Below are positions 1 through 5,007 of a DNA stretch of 6,639 nucleotides, piece by piece. Location: positions 1 to 6,639 of the forward strand of contig JALVPN010000038.1 in the NCBI GenBank assembly GCA_027031765.1. The letters run 5' to 3'. The stretch's first letter is position 1. Each line of letters starts with the position of its first letter. The notes under the pieces are model-generated. The model was not told where the DNA came from. It made no database searches and saw only the letters and a list, made by a program, of their open reading frames with translations. The DNA comes from Promethearchaeota archaeon. GTDB lineage: Archaea > Asgardarchaeota > Thorarchaeia > Thorarchaeales > Thorarchaeaceae. The position numbers and the translations under genes are program-made.

Positions 1-1
1 C

Positions 2-916
2 GGTCGGCATGCCAATGGTGGCGCTCAGGGTCATCCCCCGGGTCACACATCCACGGTACAGGGGCTCCATCTGCAAGTGCACGACAACGCCCGACACCCG
101 ACGCAACAGTCCCGGCCCAGAGAGGTATCTCCCGCGGTGGACGAGCCTGTGGTCAACATCAGGGACGTTCACGCCCACACGGTCTCCTGCAACAGCGCTG
201 TGACGTTCCTGTCCGAAGGTCTGGATTCCCCGCACACGCACACGCACGCCCTGCGGCATCAGCTCGACCTCAGAGCCACGGGTGAGCCGGCCACCGAGTA
301 TTGTGCCTGTCACGACAGTGCCATGGCCCCGGACGGGAAATGCATGGTCTATAGGCATCAGTAGTGGTGCGCCGGTGTCGCGTGGGCGCGGTCGGATGTG
401 TTGGAGCAGCACCTGCCGCAGGTCGTCAACCCCCTCACCGGTGAGTGCACATACACGCACGACAGGCGCATCGTCCCACCCTGCATCACGCACTATGGCC
501 CGCATCTGGCGCACTACCTCCTCGACCCGCTCAGGGGTCGCAAGGTCGGTCTTCGTGACCACAACGACCACGTCGGACACCCCCATGGCACGTAGCACTA
601 CGATGTGCTCACCAGTCTGTACCTTTGGCCCCTCGTCCGCTGCGACAACGACCAGTGCGGCGTCCATTATTGAGGCGCCGGCCACAACACTCCGGATCAG
701 GTCTGCATGGCCCGGTGCATCGACAAGTGTGACCATGAACTCTCCCAGTCGGAACATCGTGAAGCCGAGGTCGATAGTGATCCCACGCTCACGGGCCTGG
801 GGGTGCCTGTCGAGACCTGCAGTGGACACGTGTTCACTGAGTGCCCTTGCAAGTTCCGTCTTGCCGTGGTCGATGTGGCCCACGAGGCCGATGTGGACGG
901 GACAGGTGTGGCTCAT
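2..916 (-). CDS. selB: Selenocysteine-specific translation elongation factor SelB, archaeal type; 3'-truncated by the window edge (alternative in-frame ATG at 943)
   Basis: Manual minus-strand translation from the ATG at 916 is open to base 2: MSHTCPVHIGLVGHIDHGKTELARALSEHVSTAGLDRHPQARERGITIDLGF...LVDAPGHADLIRSVVAGASIMDAALVVVAADEGPKVQTGEH...VVTKTD...PIDHAFPVRGHGTVVTGT...IQTF...AGDRVG. G1 GHIDHGKT, RGITIDLGF, G3 DAPGH and G4 TKTD identify a translational GTPase. ITIDLGF, GHADL, QTGEH and the domain II DHAF/GDR motifs match archaeal SelB/eEFSec rather than EF-1A or eIF2-gamma. Probably omitted from the ORF track because no stop codon falls in the window. Confidence 0.93.
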   Translation of the reverse strand, partial: MSHTCPVHIGLVGHIDHGKTELARALSEHVSTAGLDRHPQARERGITIDLGFTMFRLGEFMVTLVDAPGHADLIRSVVAGASIMDAALVVVAADEGPKVQTGEHIVVLRAMGVSDVVVVVTKTDLATPERVEEVVRQMRAIVRDAGWDDAPVVRVCALTGEGVDDLRQVLLQHIRPRPRDTGAPLLMPIDHAFPVRGHGTVVTGTILGGRLTRGSEVELMPQGVRVRVRGIQTFGQERHSAVAGDRVGVNVPDVDHRLVHRGRYLSGPGLLRRVSGVVVHLQMEPLYRGCVTRGMTLSATIGMPT

Positions 917-1000
917 CGGGGGGGTTCTCTCCAGTGTGGACATGGCCCTGCGCAGTGGCACAGGTGGCAGTCTGGTTGTGATACATGCATCTTAGAGCAG

Positions 1001-1006
1001 TTTATT
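1001..1006 (+). promoter_or_regulatory. Candidate TATA box (TTTATT) for the pilin-like gene
   Basis: AT-rich hexamer in GC-rich DNA, ending 23 nt before the ATG at 1030. This fits archaeal TATA spacing for a leaderless mRNA. Confidence 0.4.
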
Positions 1007-1029
1007 GGGGCAGCTCCAGACATGAGCCC

Positions 1030-1443
1030 ATGGTGTCACGGTCCCTAGAAAAGATGATGCTAATAGCACTCGGCCTGATGATGGTGGTCACTGTCGGTGT
1101 GCCCGTGCTCATGATAGGGCTCGACATCACGGGCAAGGTCAGCCGGATGGAAGAGGCCCACAGGTTCGCTGACACACTACAAGGGCTTGTGCGGGTTGTG
1201 GACACGGGACAACTGGCACGTACAACATCACAGGTGAACGTACCAGGGGGTGTCGGGGTGACTGTGAGCGGCAGCACCCTTGAAGTGACCTACAGCCCCC
1301 AAGACACTGGCCCCGTAACGTGGACTGAGACATACAACCACACACTGGAGGTCACGGGCCTGACAGGGCCCGGACAGTACGAGGTCACGGTCGTGGCCGA
1401 TGCAGACACCATTGCAGTGCTGTTCGAGCTGCGGGCACCATGA
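1030..1443 (+). CDS. Membrane-anchored/secreted protein with archaeal type IV pilin-like architecture (137 aa)
   Basis: Start taken at ATG 1030 within ORF 985..1443. MVSRSLEK is followed by a hydrophobic stretch (MMLIALGLMMVVTVGVPVLMIGL), an amphipathic helix (EEAHRFADTLQGLVRVVDTG) and a Thr/Val/Gly-rich beta region (VNVPGGVGVTVSGSTLEVTY...YEVTVVAD). SLE before the hydrophobic helix recalls class III signal peptides. Confidence 0.55.
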   Translation: MVSRSLEKMMLIALGLMMVVTVGVPVLMIGLDITGKVSRMEEAHRFADTLQGLVRVVDTGQLARTTSQVNVPGGVGVTVSGSTLEVTYSPQDTGPVTWTETYNHTLEVTGLTGPGQYEVTVVADADTIAVLFELRAP

Positions 1444-1507
1444 ACATCCCGGGCCGGGAAGTCCCCAGAGTACTCTGACTGCGGGGCTGTCACGGGCCAG
1501 CACAATC

Positions 1508-1515
1508 TTTTTAAT
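1508..1515 (+). promoter_or_regulatory. Candidate TATA box (TTTTTAAT) for the polyferredoxin gene
   Basis: Only strongly AT-rich patch in the 1444-1566 spacer, about 50 nt upstream of ATG 1567. Confidence 0.5.
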
Positions 1516-1566
1516 GACGCCACAGGTCTTCGCCGTCAATGCCGTCGCAGGCGGGGTCTGAATGCC

Positions 1567-2637
1567 ATGACGGAAGGAACCGAGAGGCCTGATAGGAGAG
1601 AGCCCGGAGCCGAAGACGAGGCCCCCGAGAAAGGACGCAGTGAACGGCCCGCCATGACTCCAGTGGAGGGGGCCACTGAGGGGGACGGGCCCGGCATCCT
1701 GTCAGGACCGCTCGGGATGGTGTTCAACCTGCGTATGCTCAGGCGGGTCGTCCAACTCCTCTTCTTCCTTGGGATCAATGCGTACGTCATGGCGTCATGG
1801 TACGGCGGCGATGCGATAGTCGGGTTCTGGAGGCAGTTCGGTCAGGTACTCCCCACACTGCCCATTATCGCCCCGCTGGAGGCGCCCGCAGCAGTCCTCG
1901 CGGGTTCCTTCGACACAATGCAGCGCGAGTTCACAAGCGGGGTGTTCCCCTTCTTCACACTGGGTGCCATGATCATAATACTCGTGGTGCTCGGGCGGAC
2001 GGCTTGTGGTTGGGTCTGTCCTATCGGGACAGTCCAGGACTTCGCAACGCTCCCGAACCGGAGCAAGATAAGGCCCGCGCCAGGAACCGAGAAGGAGTTC
2101 CGGCGCATCAAGGCGTACCTGTTCATAATGGTGATGTTCTTCGTCCTGTGGGTGGGCGTGAGCAAGGTCACCGGCACGGAGGAGAGGCTGGTCGAGATGT
2201 TGGGGCCCTTTGCTGATGCTGCGTTTGCCCCTTGGAACCCGGCATACATCATCTTTGTGGAGTCGACGAGGCACGTGTGGCCCACAGGGATTGACAACCT
2301 CTGGGTACTCCTCCAGTGGCCGACGGTGTTCTGGTTGCAGGTTGTCTTCATTGCAGTCATCGTGGTGGGCTCGTTCTGGTTCCCACGCTGGTTCTGCAGG
2401 TGGCTGTGCCCTGCGGGCTGGTTCTACGGTCTGTTCTCCAAGGACGCGCTCATCGGCATTGGGCGGAACCCTGCAAGGTGCACTCCGGACACCTGCAACC
2501 TCTGTGAGGTCGTCTGCCCGATGAACATCCAGATCAGGAGTTTCCCATACGAGCGCGTGCACAGTCCTGACTGCATTATGTGCCTGGAGTGCAAGAGTCA
2601 CTGCCCGACCAAGGCAATCCAGATCCGGTTCATCTGA
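1567..2637 (+). CDS. Membrane 4Fe-4S-binding protein, NapH/MauN/NosR-type polyferredoxin
   Basis: Several transmembrane segments, two CxxxCP motifs (GRTACGWVCPIG; PRWFCRWLCPAG) and C-terminal ferredoxin motifs CTPDTCNLCEVVCP and CIMCLECKSHCP. The start could be later (MTPVEG or MVFNL). Confidence 0.88.
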   Translation: MTEGTERPDRREPGAEDEAPEKGRSERPAMTPVEGATEGDGPGILSGPLGMVFNLRMLRRVVQLLFFLGINAYVMASWYGGDAIVGFWRQFGQVLPTLPIIAPLEAPAAVLAGSFDTMQREFTSGVFPFFTLGAMIIILVVLGRTACGWVCPIGTVQDFATLPNRSKIRPAPGTEKEFRRIKAYLFIMVMFFVLWVGVSKVTGTEERLVEMLGPFADAAFAPWNPAYIIFVESTRHVWPTGIDNLWVLLQWPTVFWLQVVFIAVIVVGSFWFPRWFCRWLCPAGWFYGLFSKDALIGIGRNPARCTPDTCNLCEVVCPMNIQIRSFPYERVHSPDCIMCLECKSHCPTKAIQIRFI

Positions 2638-2689
2638 CTGGGTGACCGGTCTGGAGGGCCCCTGTCCGGTGCCCGGCAACAATGTCACA

Positions 2690-2742
2690 GCAGTTGTTGG
2701 TAGGCCACACAGCATGACATACTGGGAGGGCTGTTGTTGGTA
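2690..2742. repeat. Imperfect 13-nt direct repeat GC(A/T)GTTGTTGGTA, 40-nt period
   Basis: GCAGTTGTTGGTA at 2690-2702 and GCTGTTGTTGGTA at 2730-2742 (12/13 identical), in the spacer between convergent genes. Confidence 0.6.
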
Positions 2743-2769
2743 CCACTGTCCTACTGGGGTGGTGTCATG
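2713..2769. terminator. Imperfect hairpin between convergent genes (possible terminator or RNA-stabilising stem)
   Basis: CATGACA (2713-2719) is complementary to TGTCATG (2763-2769). Inner AGGGC (2727-2731) can pair with GTCCT (2748-2752). Function is inferred from position only. Confidence 0.3.
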
Positions 2770-2775
2770 GTCGGT

Positions 2776-3126
2776 CTAGTGTGCCAGACGACTGGCCGCA
2801 CGCTCAAAGGCCTGGTGGAGCTGGCTGTAGAAACGGACGAGTTGGAGGCCGGCCTCTGTGACCTCGGCACCACCACCCCCTGCACGCCCACCACGACGGG
2901 TCTCCAGTAGGCGGAGCCCGGTCTTTCGTTCGATGCGCTTGATCACTCCCCACGCATAGCGGTACGACATGCCCAGCGCGTCCGCGCCCGCACGGATGGA
3001 ACCGGTCTCCATGACGCTCTTCAGGATGGCATATGCACCGGGCCCAAACACATACTGGCCGTCGTGTTCGAGCCAGAGTTTCCAGTTCGGTCTAAGACTG
3101 GAGAGCAGGTCGTCAGCACCAGACAT
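2776..3126 (-). CDS. ModE-family winged helix-turn-helix regulator, N-terminal DNA-binding domain only (116 aa)
   Basis: KLWLEHDGQYVFGPG...GSIRAGADALGMSYRYAW...LLETRRGGRAGGGGAEVTEAG matches the ModE N-terminal signature (WLE..FG.G, GSI..AA..LGMSY..AW, RGG..GGA.LT..G). SD-like GGGAGGT lies 6 nt before the ATG. Confidence 0.88.
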   Translation of the reverse strand: MSGADDLLSSLRPNWKLWLEHDGQYVFGPGAYAILKSVMETGSIRAGADALGMSYRYAWGVIKRIERKTGLRLLETRRGGRAGGGGAEVTEAGLQLVRFYSQLHQAFERAASRLAH

Positions 3127-3210
3127 CTAGAGACCTCCCACGAGGGATGAACAGACAGACAGGGCGGCCCCGGTCGCTGCCCGGTCAGGCCAACTGACAC
3201 GACGGGACTG

Positions 3211-3224
3211 GTGACGGGCGTCAC
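3211..3224. promoter_or_regulatory. Inverted repeat GTGACG-GG-CGTCAC (candidate operator or hairpin)
   Basis: Perfect 6-bp arms with a 2-nt spacer, in the spacer upstream of the ModE-like gene and 9 nt downstream of the zinc-finger gene stop. Confidence 0.3.
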
Positions 3225-3233
3225 GCGGCAGGT

Positions 3234-3449
3234 CTAGTGCCCCCAACGGAGCCGCTCTGGTTTCGTGACCTTCTTGAACGCCTTCTTGACCTGCTTCCAG
3301 TGGTCGGCACAGAGATAGACTTTTCGGGAGCGTGCGTCCTTGACACGGAGGCCCGTCTTGGCCAGGCTCTCGCTGATCCTTACAGAGGCAAATGACCTCT
3401 TGGATGGGTTCTCACAACCAATGATACTACAGACCTTCTTAGTCGGCAC
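3234..3449 (-). CDS. Small basic C2CH zinc-finger protein (71 aa), function unknown
   Basis: GTG start at 3449 gives MPTKKVCSIIGCENPSKRSF...KVYLCADHWKQVKKAFKKVTKPERLRWGH, with C-x4-C-x34-C-x2-H and 19 K/R against 5 D/E. A TTATAA box at 3485-3490 lies inside the longer 83-aa ORF call, favouring the shorter start. Confidence 0.75.
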   Translation of the reverse strand: MPTKKVCSIIGCENPSKRSFASVRISESLAKTGLRVKDARSRKVYLCADHWKQVKKAFKKVTKPERLRWGH

Positions 3450-3484
3450 CGTCCACACTTCAACGCAGCCGAGTAAGGCGCTCA

Positions 3485-3490
3485 TTATAA
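3485..3490 (-). promoter_or_regulatory. TATA box (TTATAA) for the zinc-finger gene
   Basis: Canonical hexamer directly after the TAG of the upstream gene and 35 nt before the GTG at 3449. Confidence 0.55.
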
Positions 3491-4540
3491 CTATGACGGA
3501 CTGTCATCGCCCTGCCCGGGGCGACGGCGCGGGGTGAGTACGGGGCCGGCCGAGAAGTCGAACATCACAGCCTCCTCGTCGCCATCACGCAGCATCAGGC
3601 AGGACGACGAGTCGACAACACCGACCACGTGCATGCTCATACCATGCCGTGCCACGATGTCGCTCAGCTCGGCAAGGCGGCCTTTCGGGGCGGTCAGGAG
3701 GAACCCCAAAGAGATGTACATCCGGAGCCAGTCAATGAGTGGCACCGTGGGTGGACACGAGTCACGGACGGCCTGTAAGTCGATATGGCCTCCGACACCG
3801 GAGTACTCAAACAGCATGCCTGCGGTCCCCACCAGTCCTGCCACCGAGATGTCCTTGGCCGCGGTGACCACATGGTGGCGTGCAATCTCGTTCATGACAG
3901 AGAGCCTCAGCACAACGTCCTCGGACCGGCGGCCGGTGACCGAGTCCCAGCCCAGCCTATAGGCACTGCCCCGGGCCCCCGTCCGGTCGTAGACGAGCAC
4001 GACGACATCCCCCGGACGGGCACCACCCGCGGTGAGGACATCGTTGCGGCCCACTGAGCCTGTTGCCGAGCCCACGACGTACGTAACCCGTGAGGAGGGG
4101 TTCGTGTGGCCCCGTGCAATCGGCACCCTGAAGATGTGTGAGCCCTCAATCAACCCCTCGAGTATCTGTCCGCCCGTTGTCGGGTCGGAGTATGCAAGTG
4201 CCACTGCGAAGGAGGTCGGGAAACCACCGGCTGCATATATGTCCATCACATTCGCGAGGACGACGTTGAAACCCGCCTCTCGGGGGTGGGCAGTGCAGAA
4301 CTCTTCGACTATGGCATCTATAGTATGGAGGACGAGCTCGTCACTCTCCGTGGTCACGACCGCAGAGTCCTCGCCCAGCGAGTGCGGGTCATCACCCCTG
4401 AAAGAGGCCTCACGTAGCCGGGAGATTATCTCCGGCAAGACGAACTTGCGGGATATGCCGTCAAAGTCACGTAGGAGGCGGACGACCTCGCGCAGTACGG
4501 TCAAGGCAAGTCTCACACTCGAGGACTGGACTGACGACAC
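3491..4540 (-). CDS. AIR synthase-related protein (PurM/ThiL/HypE/SelD superfamily), most like methanogenesis marker 2 / sll0787-type proteins
   Basis: LRDFDGISRK, GEDSAVV, TIDAI, ANVMDIYAAGG, RGHTNP, GARPGD, WDSVT, AAKDISVAGLVGTAGML, DWLRMY..GFLLT. It lacks the N-terminal (C/U)-x-x-K catalytic motif of SelD. The start is uncertain (GTG 4540, GTG 4516 or TTG 4504). Confidence 0.8.
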   Translation of the reverse strand: MSSVQSSSVRLALTVLREVVRLLRDFDGISRKFVLPEIISRLREASFRGDDPHSLGEDSAVVTTESDELVLHTIDAIVEEFCTAHPREAGFNVVLANVMDIYAAGGFPTSFAVALAYSDPTTGGQILEGLIEGSHIFRVPIARGHTNPSSRVTYVVGSATGSVGRNDVLTAGGARPGDVVVLVYDRTGARGSAYRLGWDSVTGRRSEDVVLRLSVMNEIARHHVVTAAKDISVAGLVGTAGMLFEYSGVGGHIDLQAVRDSCPPTVPLIDWLRMYISLGFLLTAPKGRLAELSDIVARHGMSMHVVGVVDSSSCLMLRDGDEEAVMFDFSAGPVLTPRRRPGQGDDSPS

Positions 4541-4544
4541 GCTG

Positions 4545-4670
4545 CTATGGCGGGCCCAAGAAACTCAGTGCAAATGCGCTCTGGCCCAACAGGATGCCAA
4601 TGCCAAGCAGTGACATCCCGACCATGAAGAAAATCAGAGCTCGCATCTCAGGGCGTATCTCTTCAAACAA
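4545..4670 (-). CDS. Small single-pass membrane protein (41 aa), hypothetical
   Basis: C-terminal part of ORF 4545..4898. TTG start at 4670 with GGTGA (4676-4680) 5 nt upstream and TATAAG (4710-4715) further upstream. Protein MFEEIRPEMRALIFFMVGMSLLGIGILLGQSAFALSFLGPP. Its stop lies 4 nt before the GTG of the next gene. Confidence 0.55.
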   Translation of the reverse strand: MFEEIRPEMRALIFFMVGMSLLGIGILLGQSAFALSFLGPP

Positions 4671-4709
4671 GTCTCTCACCTTGCCGGGAGTGGACTCCGG
4701 CCCGGCCTG

Positions 4710-4715
4710 CTTATA
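4710..4715 (-). promoter_or_regulatory. TATA box (TATAAG) for the small membrane protein / AIR-synthase-like unit
   Basis: Minus strand reads CTCTATAAGC about 40 nt upstream of TTG 4670, with an SD-like GGTGA in between. Confidence 0.5.
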
Positions 4716-5007
4716 GAGGTTTTGGGCCAGCACCAGTGGCCCTGCCAGATGTGGCACACCGTGGGACGACACATGGTGGGCAGGACGGGAATGGCAGGTG
4801 AGGGACGGTTTCACGCAGGGTGGCACGGCCGGACAGCAGTTGCACTGAGAACACCATGGGCGGCAACGGGACAGACAGGACACGACGTAGTGGGCCACAG
4901 GCTACGTGGAAATGGCCTTGCACAGTGGACGTCCGCCCATCGGATGATAGGACAGGAGCGTCCCGGGTACAGCCCGAGGTGGTGTCATGCGGCAAAGACA
5001 GCCGGGC

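Noticed and set aside
231-248. Hexamer tandem repeat (CGCACA)2-CGCACG
   Set aside because: It simply encodes VRVRVR in a SelB beta strand.
282-995. 237-aa plus-strand ORF, and the other plus-strand ORFs in 9..1048
   Set aside because: Ser/Thr-rich antisense shadows of selB.
1451-1490. Archaeal-type SECIS (GAA/A bulge) around GGGAAGTC...GACTGCGG
   Set aside because: U replaces the opposing A and the lower stem is mismatched.
2635-2703. Read-through of the polyferredoxin TGA adding LGDRSGGPLSGARQQCHSSCW
   Set aside because: The protein already ends as expected for the family (KAIQIRFI), and the extension is short with no SECIS support.
1795-2715. 306-aa minus-strand ORF and the other ORFs overlapping the polyferredoxin
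   Set aside because: Antisense or alternative-frame shadows of a gene with clear family motifs.
2712-2770. Eukaryote/Asgard-type SECIS starting at ATGA (2714)
   Set aside because: No GA on the 3' arm for the tandem G-A core and no apical AA.
3491-4567. Calling the AIR-synthase-like gene selD with an upstream in-frame TGA (4565-4567) as Sec
   Set aside because: That TGA lies within the upstream small ORF, the context is not U-x-x-K, and the protein resembles the marker-2 type.
3534-4613. Plus-strand ORFs 3534..3962, 3785..4057 and 4032..4613
   Set aside because: Antisense shadows of the AIR-synthase-like gene.
4545-4898. Full 117-aa ORF as a protein
   Set aside because: The N-terminal part is Cys/Pro/His-rich and non-protein-like, and it contains a TATA box and SD motif pointing to the TTG at 4670.
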